64,000 nt of DNA from a virus. Lineage: Duplodnaviria; Caudoviricetes. Made by a program: the position numbers and the translations under genes. The stretch is taken from positions 32,001 through 96,000 of IMG/VR virus record IMGVR_UViG_2772190661_000001, one strand, 5' to 3'. The notes beneath the pieces are model-generated. The model worked only from the letters and a program-made list of their open reading frames with translations, did no database searches and had not been told where the DNA came from. This document shows, piece after piece, positions 48,494 to 57,105 of the stretch. Positions within the stretch are counted from its first letter, which is position 1; each line of letters begins with the position of its first letter.

Positions 48494-49305
48494 CAGGCGG
48501 CCACCGCCTCGAAGTTGGTGAGGCAGCCGCAGCCACCCCAGTCCAGTTCGTCAAACAGGTCGCCCTGCTGCGCCAGCGCGGCGTCCTGCGCCTCGACCCG
48601 GGACCGGAAGAGACGAAGCGGCAGCGGCCGTGACTCGCCGCCCGAACGGTCCTTCAGAATCGACACGTCGGTGCCAAGTTCCGCCCGCATCTCCTCCTCG
48701 TGGGCTTCCTTTGCCGCGAAACGGTCGGGAAAGGTGCGCAATAGGTGCGCCCACTGGGCCTGTCCGCCCCGTACGCACGCCCCGCCGCAGTTGTTGTGCG
48801 GGAAGCCGATCCGGTTCAGCAGCGGCGGTTCGATATCGCGCCGCCGCAGTTGGTCCTCGATCTGCCGCTTGTCGACGTACGGCGGCTCACACATCGGGGT
48901 CTGGACCGTCCACGGCTTCCACCCGGCGGCGATACCAGGAATGCGGTGCATCTCGGTCCAGTCGATGCCGACGTAGAGGACGGTGCTGGCCGGGTCGCAG
49001 TTCGCCTCCAGCCACCTACGACACGGCTTGATCTTCAATTCGAGGGAGCACTGCGCAACCCGAGAGTTCGACAGCCACCGGCGGTCGACGTCGACCCGCT
49101 CAGGAGTACGTCCGTCGCAGACACGGGTGACCGGCACGCCGATGTCGGCGGCAGCCTGGTCAAGGAACCGGTACAGGTCGGTGTCCTCGGCGAGGGTGTC
49201 GGCGAACAGGAGCGTCAGATCGGCGGTGCCGTACCGGTCGGCGACCCTGCGGGCGGTCGCCCAGCTGCCCATGCCGCCCGACATCTGCACGACGTGCCGC
49301 GTCAC
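48493..49305 (-). CDS. PP-loop adenine-nucleotide alpha-hydrolase (PAPS-reductase-like) phage protein
   Basis: SGGMGS PP-loop, FADT..ED.DLYRFL, CSLELK, HNNCGGACV and GGCGC motifs. Confidence 0.8.
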   Translation of the reverse strand: MTRHVVQMSGGMGSWATARRVADRYGTADLTLLFADTLAEDTDLYRFLDQAAADIGVPVTRVCDGRTPERVDVDRRWLSNSRVAQCSLELKIKPCRRWLEANCDPASTVLYVGIDWTEMHRIPGIAAGWKPWTVQTPMCEPPYVDKRQIEDQLRRRDIEPPLLNRIGFPHNNCGGACVRGGQAQWAHLLRTFPDRFAAKEAHEEEMRAELGTDVSILKDRSGGESRPLPLRLFRSRVEAQDAALAQQGDLFDELDWGGCGCLTNFEAVAA

Positions 49306-50126
49306 GCCGCCACCCCTGGGAGCATCGCCGGCGCGAGGTGCGCGTAGCCCGCGTCGAAGACCTGGTCGAACAGGTGCCGGTCACGCTCGTAGTACGCCTT
49401 CACGGACCGCTCGCGGCCGTTGACCAGCGCCAGGACCTCGCCCGGGTTCTCGCCGTGCTCGAGCACGTACGCACCCTTGAGCTTCTTGCCGAACGTCGAC
49501 CGGATCGATACCAGGTCGGCCTTCGGCACACCGCGGTCGACCAGGTAGCCGTCGACCGTCAGTAGTCGGTCCTCGGGGGCGATGTCGGGCTTCTCGCCGA
49601 CGACGAGCGCGTACTCGTGGCGGGCGCGGCCGTCGAGCCACACCGGGTCGGCGATCCCGCCCATGAGCGCGAGCAGTTCCAGCCGACGGCGGGCGCGGTC
49701 GGCGCGCTTCGCCTCGATCTCGTCGGCGAGGTCGGCGAGCTGCTCGTCGCTGGCCGCCTCGTTGATCGCGCCGCCCTTGGTCCAGAACTCGCGCAGAGCC
49801 TTCGCACTCTTGCTCTGGTACTCGACGAGAAGCGGCTTCACCTCGGCGGCGACGCGGTCCTCGTGGATGTTGGCGAGGAGCATGGCCCAGGCGTCGAGGC
49901 CGATGACGGCCATGTCCCGGACCTTGCCGTCCTCGGCAACCGTGGGGCACTGGCCCACAGTTGCCCACGACCGGCCGCGAATCTTGCGGAGCTGGGTGGA
50001 GTAGTCGATGCCGATCTCTTCGAGCGTCGGCTTGAGTACGACGTGCGGCTCGCCGTCGAACATGACGCTGTGGATCTGGGCGCCGTGGAATGGGATCAGG
50101 ACGATCTCGGCGGTGGGCGTGGTCAT
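49302..50126 (-). CDS. Phage antirepressor (P22_AR_N-like domain)
   Basis: IPFHG...PHVVLKP..EEIGIDYSTQLRKI. Confidence 0.8.
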   Translation of the reverse strand: MTTPTAEIVLIPFHGAQIHSVMFDGEPHVVLKPTLEEIGIDYSTQLRKIRGRSWATVGQCPTVAEDGKVRDMAVIGLDAWAMLLANIHEDRVAAEVKPLLVEYQSKSAKALREFWTKGGAINEAASDEQLADLADEIEAKRADRARRRLELLALMGGIADPVWLDGRARHEYALVVGEKPDIAPEDRLLTVDGYLVDRGVPKADLVSIRSTFGKKLKGAYVLEHGENPGEVLALVNGRERSVKAYYERDRHLFDQVFDAGYAHLAPAMLPGVAA

Positions 50127-50596
50127 GAGGTCTCCTCGGTGAGGTCGCCGGGCTGGCCGGCGGAGCTGGTGTCGGTGGCGCCGAGCTGTGCGAGCACCTG
50201 GTGCTCGATGTCGGCGGGCAGCGTCCACAGGCCGAGCGCGCCGCGGGCGGCGATCGGCTCCGGGAGCGGCCGGGTGTTGGCGATCTGCCAGTGGTGCGCG
50301 CCCGGGCGGGCCCACATGCCGCACCGGCAGACGACGTACCGATCGGCGCGGGACGCCGAGCACACGCCGACGATCTCGGCGACGGCGATGACGTGCCCGA
50401 CGGGCACGCCCGGCGTCAGGTCGTCGCCGAACAGGGCGGAGACGTGCGGGTCGCGGATGCCGTCGCGGTCGATGCGCAGGCTGGCGTGGATCGCGATCAG
50501 CCCGCGGTGGCTGGTGGACCTGCTGCGGTTCTCGATGTTCTTTTCGCCGCGGATGATGCAGTCCGCCCAAGGCTTCTTGACCGTCAGCGCCTTCAC
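50123..50596 (-). CDS. ASCH-domain protein
   Basis: KALTVKKPWADCIIRGEKNIENR...RGLIAIHA...RGALGLW. Confidence 0.9.
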   Translation of the reverse strand: MKALTVKKPWADCIIRGEKNIENRSRSTSHRGLIAIHASLRIDRDGIRDPHVSALFGDDLTPGVPVGHVIAVAEIVGVCSASRADRYVVCRCGMWARPGAHHWQIANTRPLPEPIAARGALGLWTLPADIEHQVLAQLGATDTSSAGQPGDLTEETS

Positions 50597-51309
50597 AGGG
50601 CACCGACCGTGATTACGTCGGCCCCGTGCGGGAGTTGCTCGTCGCGGTGCGCGCCTGCGGTCGGGACCTTGCAGACGAGGCAGTGCCGGCGTACGTCTGG
50701 GAGCGGCCGTCCGGCGAGCGCGGCCTCGACCTCGGCGTTGAGGACGTCACCGACGGGCAGGCCGCAGCCGTTGCAGGCGCGCTTGGCGGTGATCCGCCGG
50801 TCCTCGGCTACATCAACGGGCAGGTCCGGGGACCAGGTGCGGGTCGGGTGGAGCTGCGACAGGTCGACGATGACGAGGGTCAGCGACCCGACCGGCTTGG
50901 AGATCGACCCAAGATGCGGGTACGGCCCGTCGAGGTGAGTTGGGTTGTCGTCCGGGATCATGCCGATGCCGGGCGCGTGGGCGGGCTTCTTCCCGCCGCG
51001 GACGAACGCCGGCCCGAGCGCGTCCACGGACGGCTTGGCGGCATCGGTCCAGTTCCCGAGGATGTCCCGGCCGCGGTTCGTCGTCGGCCGGATGATCGCG
51101 TCGACCCGGATGCGGTGCAGCCCGGTCGGGAGCTTCGCGTACTGGGCGAGCTGGTAGGTCACGTCCCGCCAGGCCTTCGTCACGCGGGCCTTCTCGCGCG
51201 AGTGCCCGCGGACGTTCGCGGTCAGGAACCCGCAGCCGGGGTCGTTGACGGTGATGGTCCAGGTGCGCGGGGCCGCGCCGTGGTGCGCGGACCCCGTCTC
51301 AATACTCAT
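50593..51309 (-). CDS. RusA-like Holliday junction resolvase with C-terminal Zn finger
   Basis: RD..N....KPSVDAL...IPDD; CNGC...CLVC tail. Confidence 0.65.
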   Translation of the reverse strand: MSIETGSAHHGAAPRTWTITVNDPGCGFLTANVRGHSREKARVTKAWRDVTYQLAQYAKLPTGLHRIRVDAIIRPTTNRGRDILGNWTDAAKPSVDALGPAFVRGGKKPAHAPGIGMIPDDNPTHLDGPYPHLGSISKPVGSLTLVIVDLSQLHPTRTWSPDLPVDVAEDRRITAKRACNGCGLPVGDVLNAEVEAALAGRPLPDVRRHCLVCKVPTAGAHRDEQLPHGADVITVGAL

Positions 51310-52376
51310 CAGGCGTCGGCCTGCTGCTCGCTAGCCCGGTTCAGGGCACGGATGAGCTGGTCGGCGTCGGCCTGGGTCAGCTCGTCGGTCGACTCCACCG
51401 ACAGCCCGCCGAGCTCCTTCGCGACGATCGCCATCCGGGCGGCGTGGTTGTCGTCGCCCGCGTAGCCGAGCTTCGTCCACAGGCGGGTCAGGGCGGCCTT
51501 CTGCTGCGGCTGGATCGGTCCCGGCGCGGCCGGCGGGCCCGACACCGGCCGGTCTGCCGCGGGCGGTCCGGACACCGGGTCGATGACCTCACCCTCGAAG
51601 ACCGGGTGGTCGGTGGCCTCGGCCGGGTCGGTGCCGGGGTTGATGTCGACACGGACACCGTCGTCGGCAGCGAGGGCAACCGCCAGCTCGGTCGACTTCG
51701 GCATGTACTTCGCGAGCTGCCGGACGACGGACTTGTGGGCCATGCCCTCGAAGTGGTCGACCCACGGGCCGAAGACCTTGCCGTCCTTGTTCTTCGCGGT
51801 CGCGTTCTTGTCCCGGTACTTGAGCATGTCGCGGTGGGACATGACGAAGAACGCGTGCCCGCCGCCGACGAACTTCACGACCGCGTAGTAGGCGATCGGG
51901 TCGCCGCGGTCCTCGAACAGGTTCGGCTTGTGCTTCAGGGTGTCGGCGAGCCCGTACTCGACGTCGAACTCGTCGTTCGCGTACACGGTCCGGGCGATCA
52001 GCGACTGGATCTTCCCGGAGCGGTGGGCCAGCTCGATCAGGCCCTGGTAGCCGATCACGAGCTGCGCCTTGTAGCCCTTGTTCTTGCCGTCCCAGAACGG
52101 CAGCAGCCACGCGTGCCCGAGCACACCCGGCCGGAGCCCCAGCTGGGCGCACGTCATCAGCGACCCGAGGACCGAGGTCTCCTCGCACCTGGCGAGGTTC
52201 TTCGTCATCCGCATCGCCGTCAGGGCGTCCCGGACGAGCTGGACGGCCTCTGCGCCCTTCGGCATCGCGGCCTGGAACTGGGACTCCATCGACCGGATCC
52301 GGTCGGAGATCGAGCTGGTGGCGACACCACCGTTCTCACGGCGGGTAGCAAGGGCGGCAGCAGCAGCGTTGGTCAT
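51309..52376 (-). CDS. recT: RecT-family single-strand annealing protein
   Basis: CAQLGLRPG.LGHAWLLPF...QLVIGYQGLIELAHRSG...MAHKSV. Confidence 0.92.
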   Translation of the reverse strand: MTNAAAAALATRRENGGVATSSISDRIRSMESQFQAAMPKGAEAVQLVRDALTAMRMTKNLARCEETSVLGSLMTCAQLGLRPGVLGHAWLLPFWDGKNKGYKAQLVIGYQGLIELAHRSGKIQSLIARTVYANDEFDVEYGLADTLKHKPNLFEDRGDPIAYYAVVKFVGGGHAFFVMSHRDMLKYRDKNATAKNKDGKVFGPWVDHFEGMAHKSVVRQLAKYMPKSTELAVALAADDGVRVDINPGTDPAEATDHPVFEGEVIDPVSGPPAADRPVSGPPAAPGPIQPQQKAALTRLWTKLGYAGDDNHAARMAIVAKELGGLSVESTDELTQADADQLIRALNRASEQQADA

Positions 52377-53362
52377 TTGGCGAGATCCTTTACGGAGAGG
52401 GAGCGGCTGGGGGATTTGCGGTAAAGCTCGGGGTTCGGCATCGGCACGCCGGCGGCCTCGGCCAGGTCGGCGGCGAGACGCGGCCAGTCGACGTGCCCGG
52501 TCTTGCTCGACCAGGCGACGGCGACCCGGCCGCCGAGCTGGCCTTTCTCGTTCTCGGCGAGGAGCTTCTTCAGCCCGGCGCCCGCGGTCTCCTTCGCGGC
52601 CTTGCCCGCCTTCTCGGCCTCAAGGCCGGCGAGGTAGGCGGCGTGGAGTTCCTCGGCATCGGTGCCGTCGAGGTCGACCTGCTTGCCGTTCGGGACCGGG
52701 TAGAGCGCGGCGAGTGCCTTGTTGTCGACCGCGCCGAGCGGCGGCTCGATCCCGTCGACGATGTGCTCGTCACGCCACGCGGCGACCTGCTCGACCATGT
52801 CCGCCTCGACGTCCAGGTCCCGGACGACCGTGCGCCGGATCAGGCCGTGGCCGGCAGCGAGCGCGATCAGTTCGACGGCGGGCCGGTCGAGGACGTGCAT
52901 GGACCAGCGGCACTGGAACTCGTAGCCGAGCGGAATCCCGCCGTCGTCCCAGCCCTTCGCCGCACCCCAGCCCGAGGCGAGCCCGGCGGTCTTCGCCTCG
53001 ACGAGCCGGCCGTCGGCGACCTCGGCGTCAGGAGAACACAGCCGCCACCCGTGGACCGGGTGCGCGTACATGCGATGGCCGGTCCGGCCGACGGGGGCGC
53101 CGATGAGCCGGGCGGCCTGGTCGACGATCCACGGCTCCAGCGCGGTCCCGAGATCCGATGCGGCGGTCGCGTCGTCGTCGGCCCAGGACCGGACGCCGGT
53201 CTTCTCCGCCCACACGTCCCACGGCGTCCGGTAGCTGGAGAAGCCGAGCACCGCGGAGATGTCCGAGCCGCCGAGCCCGCGGGTGCGGGCCAGGCGCCAT
53301 TCGTCGTCGGTGGCGTCCCAGCTGGAGACCGGGACTGCGAGGGCGGGCATGGTCGCGGTCAT
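52373..53362 (-). CDS. YqaJ-like viral recombinase exonuclease
   Basis: WRLARTRGLGGSD, SPD, EAKT and YEFQ motifs. Confidence 0.92.
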   Translation of the reverse strand: MTATMPALAVPVSSWDATDDEWRLARTRGLGGSDISAVLGFSSYRTPWDVWAEKTGVRSWADDDATAASDLGTALEPWIVDQAARLIGAPVGRTGHRMYAHPVHGWRLCSPDAEVADGRLVEAKTAGLASGWGAAKGWDDGGIPLGYEFQCRWSMHVLDRPAVELIALAAGHGLIRRTVVRDLDVEADMVEQVAAWRDEHIVDGIEPPLGAVDNKALAALYPVPNGKQVDLDGTDAEELHAAYLAGLEAEKAGKAAKETAGAGLKKLLAENEKGQLGGRVAVAWSSKTGHVDWPRLAADLAEAAGVPMPNPELYRKSPSRSLSVKDLAK

Positions 53363-53643
53363 CGCCGAGCCTCCTGGTTCAGACCGTCGGCGACGGACAC
53401 CATGAGCGCCCGAAGCCGGCGGTTCTCAGCGCGCAGCGACTCGACCTCGATCCGCAGGTCGGCGATGTCCTCGCGCAGGTCCGCCTCGCGGCAGTCACAG
53501 CCGACGCGGTGGTCGGCGCACGCCGTGTAGCGCGGGTCCAGGGTGTTGACCGGCGGCGTGTAGTCGCTGGTCGAGCCGTCCGAGAACGTGACGGTGTCGG
53601 TACGGACGGGCTTTCGTTCGGCGAGGGACGGCAGGCGGGTCAC
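53359..53643 (-). CDS. Hypothetical phage protein
   Basis: GTGA overlap; CADH..GCDCREA motif then a coiled coil. Confidence 0.55.
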   Translation of the reverse strand: MTRLPSLAERKPVRTDTVTFSDGSTSDYTPPVNTLDPRYTACADHRVGCDCREADLREDIADLRIEVESLRAENRRLRALMVSVADGLNQEARR

Positions 53644-53831
53644 AGGTCCACCGCCCGCTGGAAGCGCGCGTCGGCGGCGATCTCGGCGCTGACGCACGCG
53701 GGCTGCTCACACCCGGACAGCAGGCCGGCGACGGGCCGCTGGCAGTACGGGCAGGTGACCGACTGCTGGGCGGCGCGCGCGGTCCGGACCCGCTCGATCA
53801 GGCCGGTGACGGCCGTGGTCAGCGCGGTCAC
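53640..53831 (-). CDS. Small Zn-finger protein
   Basis: CPYC...C....C; coupled at both ends. Confidence 0.5.
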   Translation of the reverse strand: MTALTTAVTGLIERVRTARAAQQSVTCPYCQRPVAGLLSGCEQPACVSAEIAADARFQRAVDL

Positions 53832-54109
53832 AGCGCCACCACCAGCGCGGCAGCGGTCTCCTCGACCAGGGCGGCCCGGTCCAGCACCTCGACGTGGGTG
53901 AGGCTGACCGCGCCGGAGCAGCCCGAGATCCAGGCGACCGCGGTGTGCCCACCGAGGACCGTGGACGGGTGGTAGACCCGACCAACGCCGGACGGCGGGC
54001 CCTGGCGGCCACTCCGCCAGTAGCGGACCAGCATGCCGACCGGCGCCATCTCGTTGAACGCGTCCGCGGCGTCCTGCGCGGTGGCGGGGTTCTTCAGCTC
54101 GACGGTCAC
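53828..54109 (-). CDS. Hypothetical phage protein
   Basis: FN..PVG..VRYW...VLGGHTAVAW...GAVSLTHV. Confidence 0.6.
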   Translation of the reverse strand: MTVELKNPATAQDAADAFNEMAPVGMLVRYWRSGRQGPPSGVGRVYHPSTVLGGHTAVAWISGCSGAVSLTHVEVLDRAALVEETAAALVVAL

Positions 54110-54468
54110 AGCGCCACCGCCGTCGCGTCCCACGCGGCCTGGATCCGGGCGTGCGAGGCAGCCTGCGCCGCCGACCGGGCCGGGTCCGCGGCCAGCTCGG
54201 CGCGGGCCTGCTCGGCGTCGGCGCGCCGCTTTGCCTGCCCGGCCTGCAGCGTCTCGACGGCGGCAGCCCGCTCGTCCTCGTTCAGGTGCGCAACCGCGTC
54301 ACGGCGGGGCTTGTGGAACTGCACCTGATAGCCGGTGCGGCTGCGGCAGTGGATACCCGGCCTGGCGTTGCAGGTCTTGCACGTCTCGGTGATCGGGGCC
54401 AGCGCTGCCGCGGCCACGCGGCGGTAGAGGAGGAATGCGGCGCTCGGGCGCTCCGGGGCGATCGTCAT
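54106..54468 (-). CDS. Phage Zn-finger protein
   Basis: CKTCNARPGIHC...H..R. Confidence 0.6.
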   Translation of the reverse strand: MTIAPERPSAAFLLYRRVAAAALAPITETCKTCNARPGIHCRSRTGYQVQFHKPRRDAVAHLNEDERAAAVETLQAGQAKRRADAEQARAELAADPARSAAQAASHARIQAAWDATAVAL

Positions 54469-54899
54469 GCCGCACCGCCGACGAGCATCTGCGCGCGGAC
54501 GAACAGCACCTCGTCGTCAGCCCACGACGTCGGACCGGACCGGGCCGCGACGAACTCGCGGACGATACCCTCCAACGCCAGCTCGCGCGCCGACGGCACC
54601 GGGGCGGGCTCGCCGCGGTCGTCCGGGCCGCCGTCGAAGTAGGCGCCGGCGCACTTCGGCGACCCGAACAGCATCCCGGCCGGGTCTTCGAACACGGTCC
54701 GCCCGTCGTGCCCGGACAGGTCGGCGTCGGTCGCGTCCAGGAATTGGCGGCCGCACTGGCAGAGGTCGTCGGCGAACACGATCATCGTCCCGGCCGGGCG
54801 GGCGGCGAGGTCCGCGGCGATCTCCGGGTTCGGGTGCCAGGCGACACACCGGACCTCGACCGGGGTGGCGGGACGGCGGGCGTGCTTCGGGGCGGTCAT
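54465..54899 (-). CDS. Hypothetical phage protein
   Basis: GGAGG RBS; ATGA overlap. Confidence 0.5.
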   Translation of the reverse strand: MTAPKHARRPATPVEVRCVAWHPNPEIAADLAARPAGTMIVFADDLCQCGRQFLDATDADLSGHDGRTVFEDPAGMLFGSPKCAGAYFDGGPDDRGEPAPVPSARELALEGIVREFVAARSGPTSWADDEVLFVRAQMLVGGAA

Positions 54900-55333
54900 G
54901 CCGCCACCTCCTGGGTGTCGGCGGTCCACGGGCCGGCGTGCACACTGCGAGACACGGCGACCACGCCCGGGATCAGAACGGCCAAGTCACGTGCGGCCCG
55001 CTCGTCCTGCTGCGGCCGAACGACGCCGTTCGGGAAGATGGCCGCCCACTCGACCTGGGTGGTCGAGCCGTTCGGGGTGGGCGTCGCGGCCCAGCCCTTC
55101 GGGATCGCGGACAGCTGCAGGCCGACGGCGGCGAGTGCGGCCCGTAGGTCCTGGATGGAGGCGCGGCGCTCGCCGGCCTCGTGGGAGCGGTGCGTCGGGG
55201 CGAGCTTGCCGATCATCGCGGCGAACTTGTTGATGGACAGGCCGCGGGCTTCGCGCTGCTCGGCGACGAGGCGCCAGAGCGGGTCGGGCCCGGTGATATT
55301 GGTGGTTGTCGGTGTAGTCTGCTCAGCGAGCAT
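54896..55333 (-). CDS. XRE-HTH protein
   Basis: REARGLSINKFAAMIG...HEAGERR. Confidence 0.7.
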   Translation of the reverse strand: MLAEQTTPTTTNITGPDPLWRLVAEQREARGLSINKFAAMIGKLAPTHRSHEAGERRASIQDLRAALAAVGLQLSAIPKGWAATPTPNGSTTQVEWAAIFPNGVVRPQQDERAARDLAVLIPGVVAVSRSVHAGPWTADTQEVAA

Positions 55334-55404
55334 CTCGGCGTCCTCTCAGGTGGACGGTTGAGCTGTGAAGCCCTGGCCGGTCGGACGGCCGGGGCTTCCT
55401 TGCG

Positions 55405-55740
55405 TTAAGCCGTGGCGACGCGCTTGGCGCGGCTACGGCCGCGGGTGCGCATGCCGGCGGCGACCTGGCGCATGGTGTTGCTGTCCGCGATCCGCTTCGC
55501 TTCCGCGGCGTTGGCCGCTTCGGTCGCCTGCCGGGTGTAGGCCTCGGCAGCCTTGTAGATCTGCTCGCGGGTCATGCCGTACGTGCCCTTGCGGTTTACG
55601 TGGTCGATGCGGCCGGCCTTGCACTCGTCCATGACGGAGCGGACGGTCCAGCCGGTTAGGTACTCGACCTGTTCCAGGGTGTAGACGAACGGGTCCGGGG
55701 CGCCGGGGATGAATAGCGGCTGCTCGATGACGTCGGTCAT
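55405..55740 (-). CDS. Excisionase-like (MerR/HTH_17) DNA-binding protein
   Basis: YTLEQVEYLTGWTVRSVMDECKAGRI; follows cro. Confidence 0.65.
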   Translation of the reverse strand: MTDVIEQPLFIPGAPDPFVYTLEQVEYLTGWTVRSVMDECKAGRIDHVNRKGTYGMTREQIYKAAEAYTRQATEAANAAEAKRIADSNTMRQVAAGMRTRGRSRAKRVATA

Positions 55741-55979
55741 GCCGCGGCCGCCGTCGGCCCGGCCTTGAGGAGGTCGTCGTAGCTGACGCCGAGGGCGTCG
55801 GTGATGCGGCCGTAGGTCGCGGGCTTCACGGTGGGCCGCTGGCCGCGTTCGATCTGCGCGACGTAGGAGACGGACAGGCCGATCGTGTCGGCGAGCTGGG
55901 TGATCGTGAGGCGCTTCCGCTGGCGCTGTTGGCGCATCTTCGCCCCGTCGACGCGGGGGCTGGCGTGCATGGGCTCCAT
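55737..55979 (-). CDS. Cro-like XRE repressor, first gene of the early operon
   Basis: LTITQLADTIGLSVSYVAQIERG; TACGCT -10 just upstream. Confidence 0.85.
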   Translation of the reverse strand: MEPMHASPRVDGAKMRQQRQRKRLTITQLADTIGLSVSYVAQIERGQRPTVKPATYGRITDALGVSYDDLLKAGPTAAAA

Positions 55980-55993
55980 GAAGCAGAAGCGTA

Positions 55994-56016
55994 CAGGATT
56001 GAGCAGGATTGAGCAG
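55994..56016. promoter_or_regulatory. Tandem direct repeat over the cro promoter (operator candidate)
   Basis: CAGGATTGAG-CAGGATTGAG-CAG. Confidence 0.55.
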
Positions 56017-56103
56017 CACTTGTCGCCAGCCTGTCGCCCGAGCGTGTTGCGGCCGGCCGCGCGCTGCAGTCAGGCAGCTCTGCGCAGCAGAAACCAGGGC
56101 AGC

Positions 56104-56168
56104 AAAAAACGCCGTGCCCCCACGGTGCCCCTAGAGTTTCTAGGAGCCCCATGAGGGCACGGCGTTTT
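56104..56168 (-). terminator. Intrinsic terminator of the tRNA operon
   Basis: Long hairpin whose G-U pairs form on the minus strand, ending in U6. Confidence 0.8.
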
Positions 56169-56174
56169 AGCAGG

Positions 56175-56247
56175 TGCCTCTGGAGAGATTCGAACTCCCG
56201 ACACCCGGATCCGTAATCCGGTGCTCTATCCGCTGAGCTACAGAGGC
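56175..56247 (-). tRNA. tRNA-Arg(ACG)
   Basis: GCCTCTG acceptor stem; CCGGA-TTACGGA-TCCGG anticodon arm; GTTCGAATC T-loop. Confidence 0.92.
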
Positions 56248-56248
56248 G

Positions 56249-56342
56249 TGGAGGAGAGTGAGGGATTCGAACCCTCGGCGGAGGTGTTCGCCCCCGCTAC
56301 GGTGTAGCAAACCGCTGCCTTGGACCGCTCGGCCAACTCTCC
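56249..56342 (-). tRNA. tRNA-Ser(GCT)
   Basis: GGAGAGT/ACTCTCC acceptor stem; loop TTGCTAC; long variable arm; encoded CCA. Confidence 0.9.
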
Positions 56343-56359
56343 TTGCATTGCGAGAAACG

Positions 56360-56431
56360 CTGCGGGCGGAGGATTCGAACCTCCATCGTCCGGGTCAGAG
56401 CCGGATGTGCTGCCGGTTGCACCAGCCCGCA
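56360..56431 (-). tRNA. tRNA-Gln(CTG)
   Basis: TCCGG-CTCTGAC-CCGGA anticodon arm; GGTTCGAATCC. Confidence 0.9.
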
Positions 56432-56437
56432 CCGGGG

Positions 56438-56470
56438 CGTCCCGGGCCGTGATCGACACGGCCCGGGACG
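56438..56470. other. 14-bp hairpin between the HNH stop and tRNA-Gln
   Basis: CGTCCCGGGCCGTG / CACGGCCCGGGACG. Confidence 0.7.
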
Positions 56471-56908
56471 TCACAGGGCCATTGCCGCCCAGGTGGGGGC
56501 GACCGGCCGGAATCGCAGGGGCATGCGCGCCTCGACAGGCGTGCGGTCACCCTTGCGCTGGTTACAGGCGCCGCACGCGGCGGCCGTGTTCGCCCATGAG
56601 TTGCGGCCGCCGCGCGAGCGGGGCATCACGTGGTCGATCGTCGAGGCGTGGCCGCCGCAGTAGACGCAGCGACGGCCGTCCCGGACCAGCACGCCGGCCC
56701 GCGACCAGCCGGGGCCACGCGAGTGCCGCCAGCGCGTCACCACGTAGCTGACCAGCCGCACCACGGTCGGCACCGGCCAGACGCCTATCTGCGAGTCGGG
56801 GTGCGACTCGTGAACCTCCGCCACGCGGCGCACCAGCATCCGCACCGCGTGGCGGAGACTGACCCGGTGCAACGGGCCGAGGTCGGCGTTCAGCACCAGC
56901 ACGTCCAC
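56471..56908 (-). CDS. HNH endonuclease (McrA-like) inside the tRNA operon
   Basis: RD...CVYCG...TIDHVMPRSRGG.NSW.N...C..CN..K; AAGGAGG RBS. Confidence 0.92.
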   Translation of the reverse strand: MDVLVLNADLGPLHRVSLRHAVRMLVRRVAEVHESHPDSQIGVWPVPTVVRLVSYVVTRWRHSRGPGWSRAGVLVRDGRRCVYCGGHASTIDHVMPRSRGGRNSWANTAAACGACNQRKGDRTPVEARMPLRFRPVAPTWAAMAL

Positions 56909-56941
56909 CGGATCCTCCTTTCATGGGTTTGTCGAGGTGAG

Positions 56942-57012
56942 AGCGGTTACGGGGAGTCGAACCCCGGTCTGCTGCATGGCAAGCAGCCGCACTGCCGTTG
57001 TGCTACAACCGC
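56942..57012 (-). tRNA. tRNA-Gly(GCC)
   Basis: GCGGTTG acceptor; GCTGC-TTGCCAT-GCAGC anticodon arm. Confidence 0.9.
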
Positions 57013-57016
57013 ATCG

Positions 57017-57091
57017 TCGGGATGCCCGGATTCGAACCGGGGGCCTTCCGCTCCCAAAGCGGACGCGCTGACCAAGCTGCGCCACATCCCG
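57017..57091 (-). tRNA. tRNA-Pro(TGG)
   Basis: CGGGATG acceptor; TCCGC-TTTGGGA-GCGGA anticodon arm. Confidence 0.92.
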
Positions 57092-57105
57092 TACTTAACC
57101 ATCCG

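Larger units (their letters stand above)
17447..56060 (-). mobile_element. Siphovirus-type prophage lacking head module and immunity/integration module
   Basis: Co-oriented cro, recombination, replication, terminase, tail and lysis genes. Confidence 0.88.

Noticed and set aside
51520-51580. PVSGPPAA duplication in the RecT tail
   Set aside because: Short in-frame linker duplication with no sign of a DNA-level function
56238-56474. ORFs overlapping the tRNA genes (also 56630-57340)
   Set aside because: The sequence is fully explained by tRNA cloverleaves and the HNH gene
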